A stretch of DNA of 64,000 nucleotides from an uncultured bacterium (GCA_963749445.1 CAVVMJ010000010.1:181738-245737); one strand, 5' to 3'; counted from the first letter of the stretch, positions 52,226 through 62,033 are shown. Translations and numbers: made by a program. The notes: generated by a model from the letters alone, not told the origin.

Positions 52226-54487
52226 TTATCTGTCAAAATTCCGTCTCGGGGGCCTGCCGCTCGAAGAGTCCGAGCCACGTCGAGGACCAAAGGATGGGCG
52301 CCGCGGGCCGCGGGGGCCGTCAAAACCGCGGTCGTTGGCGGAAGCCGCCAACTGTTCCGCTGTAGCGGCAGAGGCGAACGGTTTGTGGGTCAGATTGATC
52401 CGGCCCTGGTCGTCAATTTCGCTAACCTGCACTTTTAACGTATCCCCGACTTTGACCACGTCTTCCACTCGGCCTACGCGATAATTTGCCAATTGCGATA
52501 TATGCACCAAGCCTTCTTTGCCGGGCAAGACTTCCACAAACGCGCCAAAATCCATAAGGCGGGTAACCTTGCCTTCGTAAATTTCCCCGGCCTGGACTTC
52601 CTTAACAATATTCTGAATCCACTCCACGGCTTTTTTGGACATTTCCGCGTCCGTGGACGTAACCATCACCAGCCCGCTGTCTTCTATATCTATTTTCACG
52701 CCCGGACAATTGGCAATAATTTCGTTGATGATTTTGCCGCCGGCGCCAATGACTTCGCGGATCTTGTCGGGTTTAATCATGAATGATGTTATGCGAGGGG
52801 CGTAAGGAGACAAATCCGGCCGCGGCGCGGCAATGGCTTCCTTCATTTTGCTGATAATGTGAATGCGCGCGGGCTTGGCCTGCTCCAAAGCTTTGGCCAA
52901 AATATCCGCCGACAAACCCTTGAGCTTCATATCCAACTGAAGTGCCGTTACTCCCGTTTCCGAACCCGTAACTTTAAAATCCATATGCCCGTTAAAATCT
53001 TCTATGCCCGCGATGTCCGTGAGCACTTTGAATTTTTCCGGATGTTCTTCGTCCATTACCAAACCCATGGCGCAGCCGCCGATAATTTCTGTAATTGGCA
53101 CGCCGGCGTCCATTAAAGCCAAAGTGGAACCGCAGGTGCTGGCCATAGATGTAGAACCGTTAGACGACATAATCTCCGATACTAATCTCATCGTATATGG
53201 AAAAGTTTCCTGCGGCGGCAAAACGACTTCCACCGCGCGCTCGGCCAGCATACCGTGGCCGATTTCGCGGCGGCCCGGGCCGCGCAGCGGAGCGACTTCG
53301 CCAACAGAGTAACCCGGCATATTATAGTGGTGGATGTAACGCTTGGTGCGGCCTTCGGTGGGGTCTTCCATACCGTCCAAAGTCTGTTCGTCGCCTTTGC
53401 TGCCCAAAGTCACAACCGTTAAAGCCTGGGTTTCGCCGCGGGTAAACAAAGCACTGCCGTGCGTGCGGGGAAGGACGCCGACTTCGCAGGTAATCGGCCG
53501 GGTTTCGGTAAGCTTGCGCCCGTCCACGCGGCGTTCCTTTGTTAAAATCTGCTTTTGCTGATATTTCTTTAAAACTTTATCCACGGCCTTGGCCGCGTCT
53601 TTTTCCACGCTTACGCCTTCAATTTCCCCCAGCGCTGATTTAACGGCTGCCGTAATTTCTTCAGTCAGTTTTTTGATGTTATGCTCGCGCAGCTCTTTGC
53701 CCGTTACATAAATCGCGGCGTCCATTTTATCTTCGGTCAAAAGTTCATTAACTTTATCCATTACGGCCGGGTTGGGCAAAACCGTAATCGGCACTGATTT
53801 TTCTTTGCCGACCTGTTTGGCAAATTCCAACTGGCATTTTACCAGTTCGCCCAAAAACGGCTGCGCGAATTTGATGCCTTCCACAATTTCTTCTTCCGTA
53901 ACCAGCTTAGCGCCCATTTCCACCATTATAATATGTTCGCCCGTGCCGCAAACCACCAAATCCATTGTGGATGTTTCCTGCTGTTTGTGGGTTGGGTTGA
54001 TAATATATTTGCCGTCAACTTTGCCCACGCGAACGCCTGCCACGGGGCCGTCAAAAGGCACGTTAGAAATGGCCAAAGCCATTGAGCAGGCGTTAACCGC
54101 CAGCATATCCGGCTCGTTTTCGCCGTCAATGGACAAAACCATTGCCGTTACCTGCAAATCATTGCGCATGCCGTCCGGAAACAGCGGGCGCAGTGTCCGG
54201 TCAATAACGCGTCCTTTTAAAATCGCGTCGTCCGTTGCCCGGCCTTCGCGCTTAATCCAGCGACTGCCTTTGATTTTTCCGGCCGCGTAAAGCCGCTCTT
54301 CGTAATCCATCAAAAGCGGGAAGAAATCAATTCCTTCCCTGGCCTTGTCGCTCATTATCGTGGTGGCTAAAACCACCGTGTCGCCCACGCGCGCCAAAAC
54401 CGCGGCGCTGGCCTGCCCGGCTAATTTGCCGGTTTCAAAACTAAAATCGGCGTCACCGATTTTTACACTAATCTTTTTTGCTTCCAT
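52226..54487 (-). CDS. pnp: Polyribonucleotide nucleotidyltransferase
   Basis: DFFPL, R.DGR, HGSALFTRGETQ, SNGSTSMAS, KH and S1 domains. Confidence 0.98.
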   Translation of the reverse strand: MEAKKISVKIGDADFSFETGKLAGQASAAVLARVGDTVVLATTIMSDKAREGIDFFPLLMDYEERLYAAGKIKGSRWIKREGRATDDAILKGRVIDRTLRPLFPDGMRNDLQVTAMVLSIDGENEPDMLAVNACSMALAISNVPFDGPVAGVRVGKVDGKYIINPTHKQQETSTMDLVVCGTGEHIIMVEMGAKLVTEEEIVEGIKFAQPFLGELVKCQLEFAKQVGKEKSVPITVLPNPAVMDKVNELLTEDKMDAAIYVTGKELREHNIKKLTEEITAAVKSALGEIEGVSVEKDAAKAVDKVLKKYQQKQILTKERRVDGRKLTETRPITCEVGVLPRTHGSALFTRGETQALTVVTLGSKGDEQTLDGMEDPTEGRTKRYIHHYNMPGYSVGEVAPLRGPGRREIGHGMLAERAVEVVLPPQETFPYTMRLVSEIMSSNGSTSMASTCGSTLALMDAGVPITEIIGGCAMGLVMDEEHPEKFKVLTDIAGIEDFNGHMDFKVTGSETGVTALQLDMKLKGLSADILAKALEQAKPARIHIISKMKEAIAAPRPDLSPYAPRITSFMIKPDKIREVIGAGGKIINEIIANCPGVKIDIEDSGLVMVTSTDAEMSKKAVEWIQNIVKEVQAGEIYEGKVTRLMDFGAFVEVLPGKEGLVHISQLANYRVGRVEDVVKVGDTLKVQVSEIDDQGRINLTHKPFASAATAEQLAASANDRGFDGPRGPRRPSFGPRRGSDSSSGRPPRRNFDR

Positions 54488-54667
54488 TTTTTACCTTCGG
54501 GGTTATGCAGAGCATAGTTGCCTGATTTATCAGGCCTGATAAATCAAACGGCTACATCCAGCAACCTCTTTGCGTTTCGGAAGCTAGGCAAATGAACGAG
54601 ACTGATTAGAGTCTTCGTGATATCTGCCTACCTTCGGAAAGCTTAATTATTTTCAAACAACAAAATC

Positions 54668-55078
54668 CTAAACCGCTTTGTCCTTGCGCCTGGGCAGGCT
54701 GCCCAAAGTTTCTTCCTCAAAGTGCAGCAAGAACGGCTCCGGATCCGGCGTGCTGCCGAACAAAATGTGCTCCACGCTGTTGCGCTGGCCGCGGTTCTTG
54801 CTGGAGCCCACGCCTTTTTTTTGGAACCACTGCCGCCAGGCATTGCTAAAATCTTTGTAACCTTTGCTGCCTTCATCCCCGTATCTGGTGTAAATCACCC
54901 GGTACTTGACCGCGTCGCAAATATTAATGAATTCGCTTTTTTGTTCCAAAGTTAAAAATCCGTTCTTCTGCAACGCCTCTTTAAGCTTTTGGCTTTTGGG
55001 GTCAATGTAAATGGCCTGGCAAATTTCTATGCCCAGTTCAGTCCATTCTTTTTCAAATTGTTCAATGTCTGTATCCAT
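54668..55078 (-). CDS. Hypothetical protein
   Basis: 136-aa ORF with host-like codon usage. Confidence 0.65.
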   Translation of the reverse strand: MDTDIEQFEKEWTELGIEICQAIYIDPKSQKLKEALQKNGFLTLEQKSEFINICDAVKYRVIYTRYGDEGSKGYKDFSNAWRQWFQKKGVGSSKNRGQRNSVEHILFGSTPDPEPFLLHFEEETLGSLPRRKDKAV

Positions 55079-55147
55079 ATTGGTATTATGTGGAAGCGAA
55101 GCTAAACGCGAATTAATTCTTACGCGAATTCGCGTCTGTTTTCGCTT

Positions 55148-55423
55148 CTATTGTACGGTAATTTTTAACTTGAGTTTGTCCGAAATTTTTTCAAACCGCT
55201 TTTGGTCTTCGTTCTTTAAATAACGCAGCAAACGGCGGCGGTTGCCGACCATCTTTAGCAAGCCGCGACGGGAATGGTTGTCTTTGCGATGAGTTTTAAG
55301 GTGCTCGCTGACCTGCTCAATTTCGCGGGTCAAAATGGCAATCTGCACTTCCGGACTGCCCGTGTCGTCCTTATGGATCTGGTATTTTCTGATAATGGCG
55401 TTCTTTTCTTTGGGGGTAAGCAT
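55148..55423 (-). CDS. rpsO: 30S ribosomal protein S15
   Basis: [28 protein letters not shown]. Confidence 0.98.
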   Translation of the reverse strand: MLTPKEKNAIIRKYQIHKDDTGSPEVQIAILTREIEQVSEHLKTHRKDNHSRRGLLKMVGNRRRLLRYLKNEDQKRFEKISDKLKLKITVQ

Positions 55424-55675
55424 TGGTTCTTTCTGCCTGATGTAGTGCAGGCCATCGGCCTGCTTTCAGGGTCTGCACGTGATGAGTAGCAAAATATAAT
55501 TTAAAAATAGAATAATAGAAAATTTAAAGATTCCTTATCTTTTAATCTTTAAATTTTCAAATCTTTCTATTTTTTAAATTGCTTTTTAACTCATCCGTGG
55601 ATTAAAAATTGTACGCTAATTATACACTACCCAACCAAAACAAGCAAATTTGGCTTATTCAAGGCTGTTTTATTA

Positions 55676-55704
55676 TTGACAACTTTCCTATTTTGTGCTA
55701 TAAT
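55676..55704 (+). promoter_or_regulatory. Sigma70-type promoter
   Basis: TTGACA-17 bp-TATAAT with an extended TG. Confidence 0.7.
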
Positions 55705-55872
55705 ATAAAGATATAATTTCAAATTAATAACAGAGCTTGTTTGGCCGTTTTTTGGCTAAATTCGCTCTCCAGTTAGTTGGAAATCGATGCGCCGACATAC
55801 GAAACTTGAGTGTCGGCAAACATTCACGTTTTTCAAAAATATCCGTCCGGAAGACGGATCATAGGAGGTTCC

Positions 55873-56241
55873 GTGAACAAGTCTTTGATGTTGTTGATTC
55901 CAGTCAGTGTAATCGCACTTTTGATTGCGCTGGCTTTTAGCGGCGTCGATTTCTCGGCAGTGCGGGTCTATGCTGCTCTACGGCCAGACAATACTGCCAA
56001 GGTCACCCTTCCTGGCAAATCTGCAACAACAGCCGCGGTGCGGGTGATCGATGGCGAGAGGGTAAGGCTCGAAATCAGGCAAGACGCCTGCGTCGAGTCC
56101 TTCCTCTATACTGACCAAGGGGAAAAACGCATATTGTCCCATGAGGGCGGAGAATGCGCTCCCGAAAGGGTCCCGATGGCCCGCCTGACGGGCTACATCC
56201 ACAGAATCAAAGAGACCATCTTTAACTCCGACAAGAAGTAG
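55873..56241 (+). CDS. Hypothetical secreted or membrane-anchored protein
   Basis: AGGAGG + GTG; N-terminal hydrophobic segment. Confidence 0.6.
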   Translation: MNKSLMLLIPVSVIALLIALAFSGVDFSAVRVYAALRPDNTAKVTLPGKSATTAAVRVIDGERVRLEIRQDACVESFLYTDQGEKRILSHEGGECAPERVPMARLTGYIHRIKETIFNSDKK

Positions 56242-56474
56242 CCGGAGTTTGAGGGCCTGGGGCGACGACTGAATGCGAAAGCAAACAGTTGACGCCCCCG
56301 GCCCTCTTCAATTTGCCTAAATTTTTTAGTCCCAATTTTAACGACCGTTAAAATTGGGACTATTTGGAAATTAAATATTGCAAAAAATTTTCCACCGCGC
56401 TGTAGCCAGTCAATTTCTCAAACGATTTCAGCCCGATCCAACGGCTGACTTTCAAAGACATAAATCTGACTTAT

Positions 56475-57473
56475 CTATTCCATAGCCCTTAAAACCTCGG
56501 TATACATATCTTCCACTATTTTCTCCTGCTTTTTTCCCGTGAGCACGTAATGGTCAAGGCCGGGGGCGGCATTGGTTTCTAGGATGCAATATTTTTTTGG
56601 TTTTTCTTTTATGTCGCCGTCAATCAGCAAATCCACGCCGCACAGCCTAAGACCCATATCCCTAGTCAAGTTAATGGCCAGCTTTTTAAATTCCGGGTGG
56701 ACGTATTTTGTCACGTCAACCGAATCCCCACCGGAAGAAAGGTTGGCGTTATCCAAAAGAAAGACGCGCTGGTTTTTTTTAAGCACGCTGCGCATATTCA
56801 AACCCTGGCGCTTAAGCTTTTGCGCAATCCGAAAATCTTTGGGCTTAATTCTGGTGTCGCGGCTGGATGCGATAAACTCGGCCTGTTTGAGCGCGAGCAG
56901 TTTCCGGATTGTGGATTTTCCGTCCCCGACAATGTTTAACGGGATTCTTTGGTAAGCGGAAATTACCCGGTTGTCCAAAACCACCACGCGGTAATCTTTT
57001 CCCTGCATGACTTTTTGCACCAGGGCGACTTTGTCGCGCTCAAAAATAAAACGCATCGCCTTGTAAAATTCGCGTTTGTTGTAAACTTTGGAAACTCCGG
57101 TCCCTTGGCTGCCACTGTTGGGCTTAATAATTACCGGGAATCCCAATTTGCGGGCATAACGGTAAGCGGCGTGGATATCCCTCCGGGAACCAATGGCTTT
57201 TGACCACCGGTTGGAAAAAAATGTTTTCCCCAAAATAACCGGATAGCCCATCATTTTCATAAAAAAATTGGCAAAATCCTTGTCTTTGGAAATTTCCGAC
57301 GCCCCCAAAGGGTTTAAGTCCAGGCTGGAATACCTAAAATAGCGTTTTTTGCCGTTTTTAAAAATTATTTGCCCAACAATGTTCCACTGCGGCTCAAGCA
57401 CCACCCTGGCCCCGACCCTGGGAGCGATTTTTTTTAAAATGCGCCCCAAAAGAGGGCTGATTTGTTTTTTCAT
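56475..57473 (-). CDS. Stand-alone ATP-grasp ligase (cyanophycin synthetase-like ATP-grasp region)
   Basis: GFPVIIKP..GSQG.GV, DYRV, GDGKSTI, ANLSSGG, CGVD, LETNAAPG. Confidence 0.88.
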   Translation of the reverse strand: MKKQISPLLGRILKKIAPRVGARVVLEPQWNIVGQIIFKNGKKRYFRYSSLDLNPLGASEISKDKDFANFFMKMMGYPVILGKTFFSNRWSKAIGSRRDIHAAYRYARKLGFPVIIKPNSGSQGTGVSKVYNKREFYKAMRFIFERDKVALVQKVMQGKDYRVVVLDNRVISAYQRIPLNIVGDGKSTIRKLLALKQAEFIASSRDTRIKPKDFRIAQKLKRQGLNMRSVLKKNQRVFLLDNANLSSGGDSVDVTKYVHPEFKKLAINLTRDMGLRLCGVDLLIDGDIKEKPKKYCILETNAAPGLDHYVLTGKKQEKIVEDMYTEVLRAME

Positions 57474-57585
57474 GATTTAATTCTACCATATTTAATCCGG
57501 CTTTAAAATCTGTGATGATATGATGTCGCATAACGTTGAGCAGAAAACAAAATTTTTACGTTGTCGCAATAACCACAGTGGATAC

Positions 57586-57594
57586 TGTGGATAA
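57586..57594 (-). promoter_or_regulatory. Consensus DnaA box upstream of xer
   Basis: TGTGGATAA (TTATCCACA) with two near-matches immediately upstream. Confidence 0.45.
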
Positions 57595-57699
57595 CCATCA
57601 GGTCGCATAATGTAATAATGTGCTACGCTAAAAGCGTCGCACATTATGCCAATATTGCGCAACATTTACAATATCGCGCAATATTGGCCTTAGGAACTT

Positions 57700-58749
57700 A
57701 TGGAAAACCAAACAAAAACCCCCACTCCCCTGCGCAGGTTTATTAATGACTTTTTGGAATACTGCGAAATCGCTAAAAACCAAAGCTTAAACACCGTAAA
57801 AGCTTACGACAGGTATTTAAAAAAATTCGCCGCGTTTACCGCGACTTTAGGCATCAACGATCCAAAAAGCATTACTTTACAGGCCGTAAACAAATACCGG
57901 CTTTATTTAAACCGGCTGGAAAACGACAAAGGCAACAGTCTAAAATTAATTACTCAAAACTACCATCTTATAGCGCTGCGGGCATTTTTAAAATATTTAA
58001 TGAAAAATGACGTGGAAACATTAAGCCCGGAAAAAATTGAACTGCCGAAAAATCCCCAAAGGCAGGTGGAATTTTTGGAGGGCGACGAGTTAAAAAGGCT
58101 GTTTGACGCCACCGCGCGGGAAAACCAAGAACTCCCCCGCCTTAGGGACACCGCCATTTTGCACACGCTTTTTTCCACGGGCTTGCGCGTGTCCGAGCTG
58201 GCAGGCCTGCGTCGCGACAGCATTAACTTGGAACGCCGGGAATTTACGGTCCGCGGCAAGGGCAGCAAGTTGCGCCTGGTATTTTTAAGCGACGAAGCCG
58301 CGGAGGACATAAAAAAATATCTGGCCAAAAGGCCGGACAACAGCAAGGCTTTGTTTGTGGGCCATTCCATAATCGGCAAGGCAAAAAATCTGCCGGAAAA
58401 AAAGAATGACGAAAAATCGGTTGCCGCCAGGCAAAAACGCATGGAAAAAGAAATCCAAAGCCAAAATGACAATAACGACAAAAATAACAATAACAAAATC
58501 CCCGGATTAACCCCGCGGCAAATCCAGCGCATTATAAAAAAATACTGCCGCCTGGCCGGAATCGTAAAAAAGGTCACGCCCCACACTTTAAGACACTCAT
58601 TTGCCACCGATCTTTTGCAAAACGGCGCGGACATCCGCTCTGTGCAAAGCATGCTTGGGCATTCTTCAATCACGACCACACAGATATATACCCACGTGAC
58701 CAATGAAGGGCTACGGGATATTCATAGGAAATTCCATAATAAAAAATAG
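57700..58749 (+). CDS. XerC/XerD-family tyrosine recombinase
   Basis: TGLRVSEL, GKGSK.R, TPHTLRHSFAT, LGH, TTQIYTH. Confidence 0.95.
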   Translation: MENQTKTPTPLRRFINDFLEYCEIAKNQSLNTVKAYDRYLKKFAAFTATLGINDPKSITLQAVNKYRLYLNRLENDKGNSLKLITQNYHLIALRAFLKYLMKNDVETLSPEKIELPKNPQRQVEFLEGDELKRLFDATARENQELPRLRDTAILHTLFSTGLRVSELAGLRRDSINLERREFTVRGKGSKLRLVFLSDEAAEDIKKYLAKRPDNSKALFVGHSIIGKAKNLPEKKNDEKSVAARQKRMEKEIQSQNDNNDKNNNNKIPGLTPRQIQRIIKKYCRLAGIVKKVTPHTLRHSFATDLLQNGADIRSVQSMLGHSSITTTQIYTHVTNEGLRDIHRKFHNKK

Positions 58750-58750
58750 T

Positions 58751-58872
58751 GTCCATCCCGGCCGAGCCCAAGCATACAGGGCGAGAGACGGGACCCGAAA
58801 AAAAGCTTATACCTGGATCCCGGATATTTTTACGGCTGATAATATTCAGGAACGTAAAAATTCCGGGATGAC
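58751..58872. repeat. CTGGATCCCGG...CCGGGATGAC palindrome family, pair directly after the xer stop
   Basis: Matches 13224-13366. Confidence 0.85.
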
Positions 58873-58903
58873 AACTGAATATACGTCTGTATAAAACTAC
58901 CAC

Positions 58904-58941
58904 TTTAAAAGCCCGTCTGGTTTTCCAAACGGGCTTTTAAG
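58904..58941. terminator. Putative bidirectional terminator between convergent genes
   Basis: TTAAAAGCCCGT..ACGGGCTTTTAA. Confidence 0.65.
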
Positions 58942-58994
58942 TTTGTTGACTCTTACTCATCTGTTTCTTATTACTGATTAATTATTGCCGATTA

Positions 58995-59171
58995 TCAAAT
59001 ATACCACTTATTCAAGCTCTGGCTACGCATGGCCTCCTCCATATTGACCTGGTATTCGCCTTGCGTATCCTTGGAATATTCGGTCAGCGGCTGGTCGCAG
59101 TGCGGGCAAATTCCGGGTTTGTCGCGTGAAAACCCGCAATTGTCGCACAAATACATGTGAAAATCCTGCAT
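58995..59171 (-). CDS. Small zinc-ribbon protein
   Basis: CDNC...CPHC; GGAGGT RBS. Confidence 0.6.
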   Translation of the reverse strand: MQDFHMYLCDNCGFSRDKPGICPHCDQPLTEYSKDTQGEYQVNMEEAMRSQSLNKWYI

Positions 59172-59395
59172 AAACTTCACCTCCCTTTCGTCTACAAATA
59201 TTAATGATATAGCAGACGATCCGCCGAAGCCTGGCGAAGGCGGACAACCATGGCTATTCGACATTGTAGCCACTTGATTGTTAAAGAACCATCTACTTTT
59301 GGTTTAATACTTTTGCGTGTGATTGTCAAGCAGTTGGATTGCTGATATTTTTATGTTAATATTGATTAAGAATATCAAGAATTAAAAAGACACTC

Positions 59396-60430
59396 ATGAA
59401 AGCTACAATTTTTTACGGGCCACGGGACATTCGCGTGGAGGAAGTTCCGGATCCAAAAATTCAAAATCCCGACGAAGCGATTGTGCGCGTAACCTACGCC
59501 TGCATTTGCGGAAGCGACCTGTGGCCGTACCGTGGTTTGGTTAAGCGGGAGGCGCCCAGCCGCATTGGCCATGAATTTATGGGCATTGTGGAAAAAGTCG
59601 GGGCGGATGTCAAAAACGTCCGCGCCGGAAATTTAGTCGTGGCGCCTTTTCTTGCCGCGGACGGAACCTGTCCGGAATGTTTGGCCGGGATGTCCAGCGC
59701 CTGCAGAAACCGCAAAAGCTGGGGCATAGGCGGCTACGACGGCTGCCAGGGCGAAAAAATCCGCGTGCCTTTGGCTGACGGCACTTTGTTTAAAATTCCC
59801 AAAGGCGTTCCGGAAACGCTGGTGCCGGCCTTGTTGCCTTTGTCCGATGTTCTGTGCACCGGCCATCACGCCGCAATTTCCGCGGGCGTGGGCCCGGGCA
59901 AAACCGTTGCCGTAATCGGCGACGGCGCGGTCGGTTTGTGCGCCGTCGCGGCCAGCAAACGGCTGGGAGCCAAACAAATTATTTTAATCAGCACGCACCA
60001 AGACCGCGCCAAAGTCGGCAAAAAATTCGGCGCCACGGACATTGTGGCCGAACGCGAAGAAGCGGCCGCGGCTGCCATAAAAAAAATGACAGGTGATTTA
60101 GGCGTGGACTGCGCTTTGGAATGCGTGGGCCTGCCCGCTTCCTGGAAAACCGCGTTTTTGGCAGTGAGGCGCGGCGGCAACATCGGTTTTGTGGGCGTGC
60201 CGGTGGGCGTGCCGGATCTTGCGGTCAGAAATTTATTGGACAGCAACATTGGCGTCAAAGGCGGCATCGCGCCGGCGGCCACTTACATTCCCCAACTGAT
60301 GCCAGATGTGCTTTCCGGCAAGCTGGATGTCTCCGCCATTTTCACCAAAACCGTGGCCTTAAAAGACATCGCTCAAGGCTACCGCGCCATGGACGAACGC
60401 AAAGACATTAAAGTGCTGGTTAAGCCGTAA
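59396..60430 (+). CDS. Zinc-dependent alcohol dehydrogenase family protein
   Basis: CICGSD, GHEFMG, GDGAVG. Confidence 0.95.
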   Translation: MKATIFYGPRDIRVEEVPDPKIQNPDEAIVRVTYACICGSDLWPYRGLVKREAPSRIGHEFMGIVEKVGADVKNVRAGNLVVAPFLAADGTCPECLAGMSSACRNRKSWGIGGYDGCQGEKIRVPLADGTLFKIPKGVPETLVPALLPLSDVLCTGHHAAISAGVGPGKTVAVIGDGAVGLCAVAASKRLGAKQIILISTHQDRAKVGKKFGATDIVAEREEAAAAAIKKMTGDLGVDCALECVGLPASWKTAFLAVRRGGNIGFVGVPVGVPDLAVRNLLDSNIGVKGGIAPAATYIPQLMPDVLSGKLDVSAIFTKTVALKDIAQGYRAMDERKDIKVLVKP

Positions 60431-60447
60431 AAATTGTAAACCAATCG

Positions 60448-60480
60448 AAAACTGCTCCGGCATTATGCCGGAGCAGTTTT
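60448..60480. terminator. Putative bidirectional terminator (ADH / tRNA cluster)
   Basis: AAAACTGCTCCGGCAT..ATGCCGGAGCAGTTTT. Confidence 0.7.
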
Positions 60481-60532
60481 ATAAAAAAATTCGCGTGGCT
60501 GCGCCATGTATCTGAGCGAAGCGAATGGTGCG

Positions 60533-60728
60533 TGGTGACCTCGGTTGGAATCGGACCAACATCAGCGCCTTATTATTAGAAAAGCGCTGCTCCCCGCCCG
60601 CCTGACTCGTCTGGTGATCTCGGTTGGAATCGAACCAACATCAGCGCCTTAGAAGAGCGCGGCTCTATCCATTGAGCTACGAGACCTCGTCAGGCGAGTC
60701 GGGCGGGTATCCATTGAGCTACGAGGCC
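60533..60728 (-). pseudogene. Split, degenerate tRNA-Arg copy (5' half 60708-60728, 3' half 60533-60592) enclosing the intact tRNA-Arg(TCT)
   Basis: GGCCTCGTAGCTCAATGGATA | GAGCAGCGCTTTTCTAATAATAAGGCGCTGATGTTGGTCCGATTCCAACCGAGGTCACCA. Confidence 0.85.
60612..60686 (-). tRNA. tRNA-Arg(TCT)
   Basis: GGTCTCG/CGAGATC+ACCA; anticodon arm GCGCT-CTTCTAA-GGCGC; GGTTCGATT. Confidence 0.95.
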
Positions 60729-60807
60729 ATTTATGAAAACAATTGACAATTAACGCATCATACAGCCGTTAATCGTTAACAGTAAATCGTTAATTGTAAT
60801 TTATTAA

Positions 60808-60884
60808 TGGTGATCCCGGCAGGAGTTGAACCTGCGACCTCAAGCTCCGCAAGCTTGCGCTCTATCCAGCTGAGCTACGGGACC
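60808..60884 (-). tRNA. tRNA-Arg(GCG)
   Basis: GGTCCCG/CGGGATC+ACCA; anticodon arm CAAGC-TTGCGGA-GCTTG. Confidence 0.95.
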
Positions 60885-60952
60885 ACGATTTGAAAAACCC
60901 GTCTAAAACTCTTTGATTTTACCATAAACCCTAAAAAAACTCAACCGGGAAA

Positions 60953-60993
60953 AAAATAAAAATCGCCCAAGGTTTGGGGCGATTTTTATTTTT
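60953..60993 (-). terminator. Putative intrinsic terminator after the membrane protein gene
   Basis: AAAAATCGCCC..GGGCGATTTTT. Confidence 0.65.
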
Positions 60994-61002
60994 TGATGGC
61001 AA

Positions 61003-61992
61003 TTATTTTATCTTCACCGTGGTCAAATAACGCCTGTTAATCCTGACCGCATAATAACCGATTACTATAATCACCAAACCGGCCAAAACCAAGGCCAGCG
61101 GCCAGCCGAGGCCGGAGGTAAAGTATTCGCCCGTCAATTTTAAAATGTAGGCAATTAAAAAGATGGTGCCAAACACCAAAAAAGATTTGCTCTTAATGTG
61201 GACGCTCAAAAAAATCACGCCAAAGACCAGCAGCGGGTAAACCAGTTCCCAAAAAGAATTCTGCGACGGTTGCCAGCCGCCCAATGCCAGAGTTGAAGAC
61301 AGGAAGAACAAACTGCCAAAACCGTAAAGCGCCCCGACCAGGGCTTTTTGCGAGCCTTGCGCCAAAAAATATCCGACCAACATATAAACCAAACCGATGA
61401 CCAAAAATTGGTACTCCCAAACTTTGGTCATATCGCTGTAGCTTAAGCTGCCCCCCACCAGCCAGCTGATTAAATAATGGAACAGGATTGTGCCAAAAGC
61501 GATGCTAAAAAAGAGCAGAATAATTTGCTGCTTGTAATACCAAAATACGCCAAAAAATACCGCGGTGAGCGCGGCGTAAATGCCGACCCACAGTACATCA
61601 ACCGACAAATCATAACCCGCTTCCTTAAAAGCCACGCCAACGCCCAAGGGCGCCAGCATGCCGAACAGCAAAAAGAACGCCTGTCCAACTTTACGCAAGT
61701 TTTCGTATTTATTCAGCAATGCCGCCACCACAAATGCGGCCAGGCAGCTGCCCAAGGTCACGAAAATCCGCAGAAAACTATTAAAGTTGTCCCAATTTTG
61801 GTAACACAGCACGCAAATGCCCAAAAACACAATGGCTCCGCCGATGTAATACAGAATTTCCGAGATGTTTAAATTTTTCTCGACGGGCGCAGACGCGGCG
61901 TGGCCCGAAAACGCGGCTAAAACTTCCGCCTGGCTCAGCTGTCCCGCGGCAGACATCTGGGAAATTTCCGATAACAATTGTTGTTTGTCCAT
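61003..61992 (-). CDS. Polytopic membrane protein (DUF2157-like)
   Basis: ILYYIGGAIVFLGI...QNW; about 10 TM segments. Confidence 0.75.
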   Translation of the reverse strand: MDKQQLLSEISQMSAAGQLSQAEVLAAFSGHAASAPVEKNLNISEILYYIGGAIVFLGICVLCYQNWDNFNSFLRIFVTLGSCLAAFVVAALLNKYENLRKVGQAFFLLFGMLAPLGVGVAFKEAGYDLSVDVLWVGIYAALTAVFFGVFWYYKQQIILLFFSIAFGTILFHYLISWLVGGSLSYSDMTKVWEYQFLVIGLVYMLVGYFLAQGSQKALVGALYGFGSLFFLSSTLALGGWQPSQNSFWELVYPLLVFGVIFLSVHIKSKSFLVFGTIFLIAYILKLTGEYFTSGLGWPLALVLAGLVIIVIGYYAVRINRRYLTTVKIK

Positions 61993-62033
61993 AGTCGTAT
62001 TTTAAATGATAAATATTTGATTTTAATATAGAT

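Noticed and set aside
56475-57473. Full cyanophycin synthetase
   Set aside because: Only the ATP-grasp region is present (332 aa); there is no Mur-ligase domain or adjacent cyanophycinase.
57700-58872. Integron (tyrosine recombinase plus attC-like hairpins)
   Set aside because: The protein looks like housekeeping Xer, its extra loop is low-complexity and lies after the LFV patch, and the hairpins lack RYYYAAC/GTTRRRY ends.
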